Shown: positions 51,560-64,000 of the stretch, piece after piece
Layout: the number at the start of each line of letters is the position of its first letter
Position numbering within the stretch: position 1 is the first letter of the stretch
Assembly: GCA_015680685.1 (NCBI GenBank)
Contig: MNCI01000503.1
Coordinates: 70,515-134,514 of the forward strand
DNA from: Gnetum montanum
Taxonomy: Eukaryota > Plantae > Gnetophyta
DNA length: 64,000 bases
Reading direction: 5' to 3'
Notes under the pieces: model-generated
The model's input: only the letters and a program-made list of their open reading frames with translations
Database searches by the model: none
What the model was told of the DNA's origin: nothing
Made by a program: the position numbers and the translations under genes

Positions 51560-54500
51560 TGATGAGAGGGTAGTGGCATTGGTTCATTAGAGTTTTTGGA
51601 AGGGTTTTAATTGTTGTGTATTAACTAACTGTGTTTTCGTGGGATCCTCAAGTTTGTGTATAAGCAAGGCCCCGAATGGAAAGGTTTCGGAAACAATATA
51701 AGGTCCCTCCCAGAGTGTTTGAAACTTAGTATGTTGCAGTACATTTGTGGGGTTCCAGTAGAGTACCTTATCTCCACGTTGAAATGTTATCTTTCAAATT
51801 CTAAGATCATGACATTTTTTATTATAGGCCTTGTGGATTTCATTTGATGATAGGGCTACTAGTCGATTCTCATCTAGCACATTTAAGTTGATGAGTCGTT
51901 CTCATTGTGCTAGTGATAAGTCAAGATCCAAGTCGCTGGCGATAGATAGTGTTTGAAGTTCTGCCTAAACTAGAAGTTTCAATAGTTTCTCGTACACTAA
52001 CTCGTAAGGAGAGTAGCCTATAGGAAGTTTCCATGTGGATTGATAGGCCCAAAGTACATCATTAATTTTTTTGCTCCAATCCCTCCTATATTTGCTAATG
52101 GTCATAGTTAGGATTTTGGTAATCTCCCTATTGATGACTTTGGCTTATCCATTGGCTTGGGGGTGATAAGGTGTTGTAAATTTATGTTCGAACCCCAAGT
52201 GTTGCATAAGTTTACGAAAAGTAGCACCCATGAAATGAGTTCCATTATCTGAAATGAGTGCACATGGCACCCCAAACCTATTCACAATTTGCTGTTGGAC
52301 AAACCGTGTGGCTATGTTTGAGGAACAGTTAGTAATGGTTGTTACCTCTGCCCACATAGTACAGTAGTCTACAGTAACGATGATGTACGCCTTCCCATTG
52401 GACATGGGTGCGATGGGACCCATGAAGTTGATGCCCTAAATATCGAAGGGTTCTAGTGGTTGGATCCACTATTGGGGTCCCTCCATTCATGTGGTCATCC
52501 CACCATCTCTCTAGCAATGTTCACAAGAGCAGGAAAACCATTGCGCATCTCTAAAACCTATGGGCCAGTAATATCCCACAAGTAGGATCTTAATGGTCGT
52601 GTGTCGTCTAGCATAGTGGCCCCCACAAGGGCCCTCACAAGCATCCTAGAGGACACAGTATATCCACATCAGGGAAGCACCATCGAACCAAGCCATCTGC
52701 ACACACCTTGTAAAGGTGTCCATTGATTTCCATGAAGTGATTGGCCTTGTGAAGAAAACGCTGCTTCTTCTGATGATCCCATTCTTTTGGTAATTCTTGT
52801 GTTGAGAGATAGGTGAGGATGTCGCTGAACCAAGTTGATCCCGTAGGCGTCTCCTTAGTGATTGCTCCAGCGAAGAGGAGTTCATCTAGAAATTGATTGG
52901 AGAGTGGCTCCTCCTCCGCTATGCCATCCCATCGTAACCAAGATAAGTGATCAACAACCACATTCTCAGTTCCCTTCCTGTCTACCATAGCAAGGTTAAA
53001 TTTTTGAAGGATCAAAAGCCACCGTATGATACGGGGACTCACCATTGGTTTTTTCATCAAGAACTAGATGGCACTATGGTTAGCATGTACAAACACCTTG
53101 TACCCAAGCACATAGTGTTGGAATTTTTCCAAGGAAAACACCACCGTCATTAATTCCTTTTTGGTGGTGGTGTAGTTGAGCTAAGCACCCATAATGCTTT
53201 GGCTTGCATAGTGGATATAATATGGACATCTCTGGTCATCCAACTTTGTGAGCATGGCTCCCAATGCATAATTAGATGCATCTGTCATGATATGAAAAGG
53301 TCTAGACCAATCGAGTGCTCATAGAATTGGAGTTTCTACAAGTTTCTATTTGGGTATTTAGAATGCAAATTCACATTCCCTAGTCCAGAAAAATGGTGTC
53401 TTTCTTTGTGAGTTCCACCAATGGCTTGGCGATCTTCGAGAAATTCTTGATGAAGCGTCGATAATAACTAGTGTGGCCAAGGAATGACTAAACATCTTTT
53501 ATAGTACTTGGTTAACTCATGATTCCTTGGATTATTCTAATTTTTTCAGGATCTACACCAATCCCTTCTTGTGAAATGTGATGCCCCAGAACAATGCCCT
53601 CTTGGACCATCAAGTGGCTCTTTTACTAGTTGAGCCGTAAATTAGTTTCCACACATCTTTTTAAAACTTGCTCAAGGCAGTCCAAGGCATGTTCAAATGT
53701 TTCTCCAGAGGTAGAGAATTCATCCATGAAGACTTCTACCCCATTTCCAATCTATTGCTGAAAGATGCTGAGGACAAGGCATTGGAATGTTGCAGGTGCA
53801 TTGCATAGGCCAAAGGGCATCTTCTTTTATGTGAAAGTNNNNNNNNNNNNNNNNNNNNNNNNNNNNNNNNNNNNNNNNNNNNNNNNNNNNNNNNNNNNNN
53901 NNNNNNNNNNNNNNNNNNNNNNNNNNNNNNNNNNNNNNNNNNNNNNNNNNNNNNNNNNNNNNNNNNNNNNNNNNNNNNNNNNNNNNNNNNNNNNNNNNNN
54001 NNNNNNNNNNNNNNNNNNNNNNNNNNNNNNNNNNNNNNNNNNNNNNNNNNNNNNNNNNNNNNNNNNNNNNNNNNNNNNNNNNNNNNNNNNNNNNNNNNNN
54101 NNNNNNNNNNNNNNNNNNNNNNNNNNNNNNNNNNNNNNNNNNNNNNNNNNNNNNNNNNNNNNNNNNNNNNNNNNNNNNNNNNNNNNNNNNNNNNNNNNNN
54201 NNNNNNNNNNNNNNNNNNNNNNNNNNNNNNNNNNNNNNNNNNNNNNNNNNNNNNNNNNNNNNNNNNNNNNNNNNNNNNNNNNNNNNNNNNNNNNNNNNNN
54301 NNNNNNNNNNNNNNNNNNNNNNNNNNNNNNNNNNNNNNNNNNNNNNNNNNNNNNNNNNNNNNNNNNNNNNNNNNNNNNNNNNNNNNNNNNNNNNNNNNNN
54401 NNNNNNNNNNNNNNNNNNNNNNNNNNNNNTTTCAGTTCCAATGGCTCCTATCTAAAGCTTTCAGGGATCTGTAGCTTTCCCCAATCATCACTGTCATCAA

Positions 54501-57400
54501 TAGTAGAGACTCGTTGATGGACCTTTTCCATTTCATCCATGCTTTCCATATAGGCACATACAAGGCCCTCAGATGGTTCCATGCATAAAGTACTGCTATC
54601 TGAGTCTGCGGTCAACCACTGGGTGCTTCTTGGTTAGTGGCTTCTGCGTATAAGCATCGTTGAACTTGTGATTCTTCGACACACTGACTGCATGCTTGAA
54701 TGGATTTCTGCTTAGTGAACCAAAGTTACTGCATGCAGTTGCACCCTGAGTCACCGTACGTAATGCATGGGACATGCTTCTTCTCGATCTTCCCAAAAGG
54801 ATTTTCTTTTGAAATTTCAAGGGAAAGATCTTGGAGTCCCAATCGTGCATCCACTGTGCTGAGCCAAGCTCTCCCCATTATGATTGGAAAATTCCCCTTG
54901 CAATTATCAACTTAGATGACCAGGAAGTCAGCAAGATAGGACCACCCACAAATGGTGGTCACGATATCTTCTACCAATCCCAAGGGGATAGTTATGGATT
55001 GGTCTGCCAACTTCAGCCGTATGTTACTTTTCTTCATCTAGGACAAGTTCCAAGTCTTGTACATATCGTGTGAAATCAAATTGACACTTGACCCTGAATC
55101 CAAGAGAGCTTTACATGGCTTGTATCCTACCACTTGAAGGTATATGAGGGGACTCCCCGGATCAATCAATTTCTAAGGGAGATGACCTACCTTTATCCAA
55201 TTCATCACAGCATGTGTTAGCATGATGGTTTGTACTATGGAGGGTGTTTGGCTTGAAGGTTTCTCAAAGGGATGAATGGTGGTGGTGATTGGAGGTTCAG
55301 AGGCATTGGCCACAAGTGAGTGTGAAGGTATGTTAGGGATATTGGGCCAGAATAAAGGGTGTTTCCATAGTTTTGATTTTGTTCCACTCGGCTGAGAAGC
55401 CAGTTGTAAGTTGACAGCCCTCATGGCATTACGTTGTTGTGGCTATGGTGGTATATCCCCCTGCATAGGTGGAGAAGGAGGTAGCTGAGTGGGGGGTTGA
55501 TGAGTAGGTATGGCAGGAGTAGGTGACAGAGGATAGTATAGATGTGGGTTCTCCCTCCTAGGTGATGGAGACTATGTTCGAAAGTATTCCGAAGGTGGTA
55601 ATAAGTTTGAAATGGTGCATGCCTAGAAGAATCCTGTGGGGAGACTGATTGCTAAATGTAGTACCTGTAAGGATCTGGCTACCGGTAAGGGTACTACTTC
55701 CTTGGAGGTGGCATCCCCCATGATTGTGGATGTTACCATTACTAGTAATACTCATAGGGTTACAGTGGCACTCCACTTATATAATATCCTTGTTGCTAGT
55801 GGAACTACCTGGGATTATGTTGTGAATAAGGCAACCTTCAGGGTATTTTCCTTTTTGCCAAACGAGGATTCAACGCATACACCCCAAACTCTTGTAGATG
55901 TGACACCACCAAGCAACACACCTTAGGATGTTTGTACTGGCATATGTCACATCCATCATCCTTCTCTGTGTTAGAGTGTACAACCCATTCTGTCGTATCA
56001 ACTTGCCCTTACCTTTATGGTAGGCACGTTCAGCTTCTCTTCTCCTTTTTCGATCTCGCTCATTACTTCGCTCTTTGGATTCCTCTATGATTTTTAGGAC
56101 ACTTTGGAACCTTTCATCCAAAGAATCCCACATCTTGTCAACCTTGGCCAAACTTTTAGAGGCAAATTTTTGTATGAGCAAGGTTTTCCGGTTCACCACT
56201 ACATCCAATGGTGATTCTTCCTCCTCTTCACAAAATTGGACTTCCTTCTTTCATATGGAAGGATCCTAATTATACTCCTCTACACTCTTTTTTTTCATAA
56301 TTCCCCTTCCTCTTTGGCCACCTGCTCAATGAGACACTACAGTTGATGGGCCCTTAATTTAGATAGCCATCACTAAGCATAAACACCCAGGGTCTTTCTT
56401 GTTTCAAAGCGAAGCCCATCTATGATATGGCTGAGCTATTCCTACTGAGAGGAGCCATGACTAGGGCATCGGTGTAACAATGAGTAATATCTACCCATGG
56501 CTACATCCAAGGGTTCATGACCACCCTATTTCCACCCTTGGATTTTTCATCTCAGGTTAGCCACTCTGGAGTAGGTTTGGTACTTATCATTGAAAATTTC
56601 CAGCATTGTACTTCATTTTCTAATTGATTCTAGTTCCAAAGACCAATACCAACTTTCTGCTTCCTTGATGAGTGTTTGGGGGAACATCTTGAGATTTTTC
56701 CAATCATTGTCTATATTCTATAGGGTGCAAGAATCATGAAATTCTTACAACTAAGTCTATGGATCACAATTATATCCCCCCTTCAAATTTGGGAATATTG
56801 TTCATGTCAAGGCACTTGATCCAACTATCTTTCAAGTGCCTACTGGGTATTTGAACCACCTCAGCTATGTTAAGCATGCTTCGAGTAGCCAGCAGTGGTT
56901 CTTTCGAGTCATAGTCTTGTTGTTGGCCATGACATCTATGGTAATTTCAACTACCTCTCCTTTCTTGACGATGAGACTCACGTGATTGGTCACACTTTTC
57001 CTCACGTTGTCCTTGTTAGTCCCTGTGATCCTGTCAATTCTTTCAACCACCATGGTTGTGATCAAAGTCAGAACTTGGTGAAGACAAGGTGGAACAAGAA
57101 GATGGAGAAGAGGGAGGAGAACTGCCACCACTCTAGTGTCGATCTCCTCCTCTACTCTGATGATGACCCTGATCTTCATGTCCATCTTTCCCTTTGCCAC
57201 AATCTTTCTTGCTTGATCCCTCATCATCCTAGGACTCCTGGTCGCTTGATTATTTACTTTGAATGATGAACTGCAAGATTTGATGCATTGGAGGAGGTTT
57301 GGCCAAATGGGAATCATGAAAAAAAAATTTCTCATCATCATGCAGGTCCTCCAAGAACATAGGGTTATTGAACTATTTTCCCTTTATGTGTTCATGGCAT
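51560..57400 (-). pseudogene. E gag-PR-RT-RH-INT
   Basis: LLDSGSSVN (PR), MPFGLCNAPATF and FMDEFS (RT), MTDASNYALGA (RH), ISDNGTHF..PYHPQANG (INT); assembly gap inside RT. Confidence 0.93.
53839..54429. other. Assembly gap (Ns)
   Basis: Run of N. Confidence 1.
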
Positions 57401-57836
57401 TCTACTTGTTGCCAATCCTGCACACATTGTGCCTCAGTTGGACGATAGTCTTGATAGTCATGATCCTCCATTATGTATTCCACACCATAGTCTTAAATGC
57501 CCAGTTTGATAAGATTTTGAAGTAGCATTCCAAAAACCGATCGATCAGGAGGTAATATGATGTTACTCTCCATGTCTCGCCATCACAAGTGCTCATCCTG
57601 ATGTAGGATAAAGGTGAAGTTGGGGATATACTCGTCTAGATGTTCGTATACCACTCGACACTCCTGTGGCACTAGTGGGTTGGATCCATCTCACCTATGA
57701 GAAGAAGACATTTTTGATGTTAGCTAACAACTAAACCAATGTGCCTTATTCTTTTTCTTTAACCACCTAGTGTACATAGATTTCACTATCATGGGTCCAT
57801 CCCAATGAAGTGAATAATGCATGTAAGACTAACAAT

Positions 57837-57853
57837 CCTCAGCAATGGTGCCA
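57837..57853 (-). promoter_or_regulatory. E primer-binding site, tRNA-Asp type
   Basis: TGGCACCATTGCTGAGG versus the Athila-type TGGCGCCGTTGCCGGGG; differences are transitions. Confidence 0.8.
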
Positions 57854-57854
57854 A

Positions 57855-58748
57855 TGATGAGCGGTGAGGTACCCCTACGTCCAACCATACAAATCACGGG
57901 CATTCACACACAACTCGGTTGAATTCCGCAAACTACAAGCACTTGCATACACCAAAGTCTAGCCAAAAAAATCTTAGTTAGAACAATCATTGTCTTCACA
58001 ACCTCACTTGTGATATTCTAAAGTGATTATTAAATGAGATTGAGGCAAATGATTTTTATTTGTTTTCTTTTTATCTTTTAAGGTCTAATTCTTTAATTAT
58101 ATGGAATGGAAATTTGTGTAATTTATAATTGTTCTACTCTACTACTTAACTCGCCCTGGCATAAGCAACCGATCCCATCTCCTGTGCACATCCTGAGCAT
58201 ACTCTAACCACTACTGGGTTACCAGACGTTCAGCGTCACTAGGTTACTAAGTGTTTGATATATGTTTGAGATGGTCATGCCTATGGTTCTCATAAAATAC
58301 GAAAGGAAAATAACAGTAAAGTGATAACAATAAAATCTTATGCAATTATTAAAGCATTGAAATATTAAACTATTAAATTATTAAGTGATTAAATCCAAAT
58401 ACTGCAAGGAATGCTCAAAAAGCTCATCTTTATTGCCAGTCATGCTAATGGGCTCAAGTACATTAGCGCTCGAATAAAGAGCTGTACACCTTTCTCACAT
58501 CAGTTGTAGGCACTTGGAAAATATTCTAACTCTTACAAGAACAAACTGTAATATTTTTACTACAACTACTCCAAAAGATGCCATAAATGTCATGGGTGCA
58601 TGCATATTTATAACTAGAGATAGACTCTGTGTTAACGAGGTTGCGTTAACACATGGATGGATACATCGACGGGGTCACGTCACCATGGCCATGTCAACAG
58701 GGCTCTGTTAACACTGCCCAATCAACGTATCGACTAAACACTTCATCA
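57855..58748 (-). repeat. E 5' LTR
   Basis: Adjacent to the PBS; pairs with 45547-46440. Confidence 0.95.
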
Positions 58749-59236
58749 TTTACCATTACCATGTTCATTAGTAAAGGTAGAATAAGTACAACTGGTTTTG
58801 AGTGTAAAGTGTAATTTTTTGGTAACACACTAATGAGTTTACTAGATTCGCTCAATGGTAAACTTACTTGGTAATCCCAATAAAAATTACATCATCCCAA
58901 GATGTGTATGGAAAGCTAGGACTAAATACTTATTGTCATAGGTAGAATAAATTTACATTTTCAATGTTCTTAGTTAATAGAATTTATATGCATTTTCACT
59001 ATGTCTATTCTCAGTATACTTAGAGCCTACTAACATCATTTTATCATATACCTCACTAAGAGTTAAACCATATGTTTTACACTTGCTACCTTTGAGTGAG
59101 AAAATAACGAATGTGAACTCATTATCAACTCACTCATATACTTAGATTGTCCATTCATAGATTATGATCTAGTCATGTATGAATACTTGTGACTTGTATG
59201 GTTGAGTGTTGGAATTCTTTATCACTCATCAATATG

Positions 59237-60050
59237 TTCCCATCCTCTCATAGCTGTAGTTGTTTACCACCAACAATTAGCTACATTCTTATGTTAATGG
59301 GTAGTCAAACAAGTTTCTTGCATCAAAGAAAATACCATGAGTTAGAAAGATTCTTCTACCTCATGTAACCACTCTAAGCTTGCTACAGGATATTTAGTAC
59401 TCTCAAACGCTGAAGGTTTTAGTTTCCTGAACAACTTCATAAGAACTTACTCAATGGATCTTCTACCAATAATGATGGAGTTGTTAGAATGTTGTTTTCA
59501 ACCATTCACCACATTTGATTGATTTTAACTCCTCATATAAGTAAACATCTTAGGCATCAAGTCATTTTGAGAGTTTTTCCATTGGGTTGATAGAGGTTTA
59601 TCCTTTTCAAGATTGTTCTATCTCTTCTTGGTAACATCCCTACATTACAAATCCAAGAATACTTGTCAAACCTAGCTCTAATACCAACTTGTAATACCCC
59701 ACTAATCAAGCTTAGGCTAGAAAGAAATTACTTAAAGAATAAAAGAAATATATAGAAAAATATAAAGCACTACTTATGAAAAATGTTAAATACTAAGAAA
59801 AATATATCATGAAAAGTAATGGATATCCATAAAAATAGGTGCATATGAGTATAAAAATGTTAAGTAAAAAAATACATTGTAAACTAATAATATTAACCCC
59901 ATGTGTGCAAAACCTAACCTGCCCATTACTAAAAAGTAGTTTGAAGTCCTATTTTCCAAGACAAAAATAGTACTATACGATATCATAAAAATACAATGAA
60001 ATAATAATATAGAATTACATAATATGAAAATTACACCATTGAAGAACACT
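59237..60050 (-). mobile_element. Element F right part: gag N-terminus, tRNA-iMet PBS and part of the 5' LTR
   Basis: Gag ANCWW continues across the D insertion; PBS TGGTATTAGAGC at 59675-59686; LTR edge TGTAATACCCC at 59690. Confidence 0.78.
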
Positions 60051-62935
60051 TAATCTTGGCATAGTAGGCCTATGATATTCCAAAGGATAGTAATGATGAA
60101 TAGAGCTAGAAAGACTAGCTTGTGAAACTAGTTGCTATAAATAGTACCGATAAAGATATGGTTGATAGTAAGAGTGCTATTTTGTGGTGGGGGTACTCCC
60201 AATGACTGTGGATCTTACCAGTACTCTTAGAATTACAAAAGTATTCCACTTGGATAATATTATTTTTGGTATGGTTACCTATTTGTGCTTTGTGGATGTG
60301 GCAATCTTCTTGTCATTTACTCTTTTACAAATTTCACATTAAGAACATAAGCACATAATTCTTGAATTATTACAATCATTTATGATATGACTAGGCATTT
60401 ATCATAATAGGCCTATGGTATTCCAAAGGATAGTAACAATGGATAGGGTTAGCAAGATTGGTCTATGAAACTAGTTGTTCTAAATAGTACCCATAAAAAT
60501 ATGGTTGATGTTAAGGGTGCTATTATTGTGATGAGGACATCCCTAGTGACTATGAATCTTACCACTACTCTTGAAATTGCAAAATTATCCCACTAGGATA
60601 ATATTATTGTAGGTATGGCTACATATAATTGATTTATGGATATGGTAATCTCTTTGTTATTTACTTTTTTGTAAATATCACATTAAAAACATAAGCATGT
60701 AATTCTTGAACTATTGCAATCATCTGCAACATGACTAGGCAAGCACCACTAGCATGCTTATACTGGTAGTATTCAAAGTCATCATTTGCCTATTATTGAA
60801 TTAGAAACCTCTTTCAAAATAGCTTCTTTGCTTGTATGATTGTATTGTTCTTTCTTCTTTTTATTGATTAGTTTTTTCTTAGACATTGCTACATTCACCT
60901 ATTCATTTCTTTCCTTTACTATTTTTAAAATGGTAGTAAGTTTTTCATCTCCTATGTCTAGCATCTTATTGACCTTTATTATATTTATCAATGTTTTTTG
61001 GATAAATAAGGTTATTTGATGTACCACTTCCTAGACTACATCCTCTTATTAGTTTTCATTAACTCTCACCTCCCTCTTTCTAATAGATGAATCTTTGTTG
61101 TATTCTTCTATAACTTTCCTTCTTCTTTTTTTTCAATACACCTTTCTCTCTAGCTACCTAATCAATAAATTTCTAAATATGATGAACATTTAGTTTGAAT
61201 AGACGACCTTGGGTGTACATCCCAAGAGTCTCATGGATTCTATTTCTATCCCCATCAACCATGTGGTATAGTAGTTCTATTTAGAAAAAGCCATGTCTTA
61301 GGCTCTATGGAGTTGACTGTAATACCTGACCAAGTCTATATCAAGTAACTAATGAGTGTCCTACTTCCATCCTAAATTTGTTTTCTCAATTTCAATGAGT
61401 GAGTGTAGGTATGACACTTTTCATTAAACATCTTGAGCATGATGCTCCATCTTTGAATAGAATTTGACTCTAGTGATTTGTATTAGCCTTTTGTCTCTTT
61501 AGTTAGAGTTTTAGAAAATAGCTTAAGTTTTTGTCACTTGCTTTCAATAATTTATAGAGCTTAAGCATCATGAAAGACTTGCAAATGATTTTATGTATCA
61601 AGATTATCATATTTTTCAAGCAATAACATGTTGTTCATATCTCTCCTTTTTATGTAGCTTTCTTTGTAATGCTTTACTAGGGATGTGCACTACTTCTCTA
61701 TATATGAATCATACTTCTAATTGTCAAAAATGACTCATCATCATTGCTTACCATAGGAATTTTTATCTCTAATTTTGATTGAGCGAGTTCAAATTCCAAT
61801 TTTGTTACTTTGCTCTAACACTCTTCTTTGACTTTTGTTTATCTTCTTCTCTTCATGTTCAAAATATTCAAAGGAAGAATCATCAAAGTCTACGTGTTGA
61901 CTCTATCTATTCCATTAACCTTTTTCATAATTTTTCTATGGATTACAAGAGATTCTTCTTTGTTGGGCAATTACTAAGGATTCTTCCTTGTTAGCCTTTT
62001 TTGACTCAAAACATTTTTCTTCACTTAGTTAAGACTTCAATGGATTCTTGCATTTATGTTTTTTAGGTCTTTTCATTGAATCAAAAATACTAAATCTTCT
62101 TGGTTTTTTTTCTTCAAACAAGATTGATTTGCTTCATATGTTACAAAAGCTTCATCCTCCATCTATTCTAATTCAACTTCGAGACTTGCCTTTGCATTGT
62201 TGATGTTGATGAGTGAATTTTCTATCTATGCTCTATTACTCTACATCAAGCTAGTAGGCTTGGTTCACCTTTCTAACCAATTTGTACCCCTCCATTACTT
62301 TAATTAATCTCTCTTTCATTAGTATTAACTGTAATAGTTGAGGTGTTGATCTATCAAGAGCTTAAACAATGTTGTCCATAGTCTCTCCATCTTAGATAGA
62401 AAAAGAATATGAATTCAGAATTATCATCATAAGCATAGGTGATCCAAACTTGTTGTGGCACTTGTAATGTTCTTAATCAATACAATGCTTTCTCTATTTC
62501 TAGCTAATTTGAGACTTTAATTTATGGGAGGAAGTCATGTCAATAATTGATCATATGTACTTTTTAATAATATAGTGAAAGGAGAAAGGTAAATCATCAG
62601 TTATAACTACAACAATTATGTATACTACTAATAACAAACCTTTAACAACTTCCCTAGAAATAGTGCCAAATGACAAGCAATGAGTAGTTCATAGGGCTCA
62701 ACCGTACAAATTGACAATCTCACATAGTAGATTCAATCAAATTCCATAGAAGAATTACAAACACCTCTATTATAGTATAGCAAGATCGCAAGTCATTTTT
62801 CCAACTCTACTTGTAGTTGTCACAAGATATGGTTGAGTGTGTTAGGACATAATTGTCTTATATTTTTCTAATTAATACAATGAGAAGCAAAGTCTTATCA
62901 AACTAAGTATTTGTTCCCTATTCTAATCACAAAAG
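60050..62935 (-). mobile_element. Element G: truncated Athila-like remnant (gag, PBS, part of the 5' LTR from 62671)
   Basis: Homologous to D and E gag; PBS-like TGGCACTATTTCTAGGG at ~62652-62668. Confidence 0.65.
60056..60741. repeat. Two-copy tandem duplication, 343-bp unit
   Basis: TAGGCCTATG.TATTCCAAAGGATAGTAA at 60065 and 60408; TGACTAGGCA ends at 60397 and 60741. Confidence 0.9.
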
Positions 62936-64000
62936 TGATGAGCGGCTAGGTATCCCTATGCCCAACCATACGAATCAAGAGTGTTTACGAGTGACTCGAT
63001 CAATATCCATAGACTATAAGCACTTAACATACACTAGACTTCTAACCCATGAAACCTTGGGTTGGAACGGTCATTATCATCCTAATCTCACTTGTGAGGT
63101 TCTATTACGTTGGTTAAGTGAGACTAAGGCTAATAATTTTTATATCTTTTTAATTATATTTTGGTGACTAATTGTGGTATTGAAAGTAAAGGATAAACTA
63201 TTATCTAATGTCTAATTATCCTAGTTTATGTTCTAACTACTCCTAGCATAAGTATCTGGTCCCATCTTCCGAGCACGTTCTAAGCATTTCCTAACACTAA
63301 TGAGTTACCAGACATTAAGCGTCGCTGGATTTACCAAGTGTTTGGATTACATTCGAGATGGTCATACTTATGTCTTTAACGAACTACGAATGAACCATAA
63401 CGATTGAAATTATAATAATAAAAACATTAATAATCAACAAATAACTAATAAAGCATAACATATTTAAACTATTAGATCAACAAGTAATTAATAAAGCATA
63501 AATATTTTAAACTATTAAATGCATGAAACAACTAAGTCCAAATGCTGCAAGGATTGCATGAACAGTTCATCTTTATTGCTGTCACGCCAATGGGCTCAAA
63601 TACATCAACGCTCGAATAAAGATCCGATCATTTTTCATACACTTACTGCGGGCACTTGGAAAATATTCTATCTCTTGCGGGAGCAAACTACAAGAGCTTC
63701 GCTATCACTACTCAAAAGATGTCTAAATGAGGTGGAAGGCCCTAATATTTATAGAATCGACAAAGGGGGTTGCGTAAACGGGGCCACGTCGATGTAGGGT
63801 GGCTACGTCCCAGTCAACGTAGGACTTTTGACACTTCATCATACCCCCACGACTGAGCAAAAACTTGTCCTCGAGTTACTTTACAATTTGGAAGGTATGG
63901 ATTCTTATTTACAACACACATAACTTAAACACATAAATGACACACACATGACACAACATGAATTTACCAAGTGCCCAAGTTATAGAGAAGGACAAATCAC
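62936..64000 (-). mobile_element. Element H: 3' LTR (62936-63841) and PPT of an E-family element continuing beyond the window
   Basis: TGATGAGC..CTTCATCA followed by TACCCCCACGACT, as after E 46440. Confidence 0.9.

Larger units (their letters stand above)
45547..58748 (-). mobile_element. Element E: full-length Athila-like element inserted in the D 3' LTR
   Basis: 894-bp LTRs TGATG..CATCA; perfect TSD TTTAC (45542-45546 and 58749-58753); tRNA-Asp-like PBS; PPT next to 46441. Confidence 0.95.
13297..59231 (+). mobile_element. Element D: full-length Athila-like Ty3/gypsy element inserted in the gag of F
   Basis: LTRs TGAT..TCATCA at 13297-14147 and 45165-59231 (split by E); TSD ATAGG/ATATG with 1 mismatch; F gag resumes at 59237. 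Confidence 0.85.

Noticed and set aside
53765-54517. Long ORFs of 250 and 204 aa
   Set aside because: They are read through the N gap

Overview
Plant nuclear DNA made entirely of nested, mostly decayed Ty3/gypsy LTR retrotransposons; no host gene is evident. Nesting from LTR pairs and target-site duplications (TSDs): a chromovirus-like element F (- strand, ~10430-60050) is split in gag by an Athila-like element D (13297-59231). D carries a 21-kb Tat/Ogre-type element B (19524-40686) in its integrase, a Tat solo LTR (43049-44467), and an Athila-like element E (45547-58748) in its 3' LTR. Further Tat fragments A (1-2892) and C (2893-8791) and Athila-like fragments G and H (60050-64000) flank the nest. 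Main observation: in Tat element B, gag-protease is separated from RT-RH-aRH-INT by ~9 kb. That interval holds an antisense gene with spliceosomal introns whose product looks like an FCP1/NIF (HAD) pseudo-phosphatase fused to a plant-transposon/PMD-like domain and a coiled coil. The distant relative A carries the same gene, also antisense and next to RT, with introns 1-3 in matching positions and phases. Arrays of a CCAGCGTGG-derived motif lie beside this gene and in the LTRs. Domain calls come from motif recognition by eye, not database searches, and identity figures are eye estimates.
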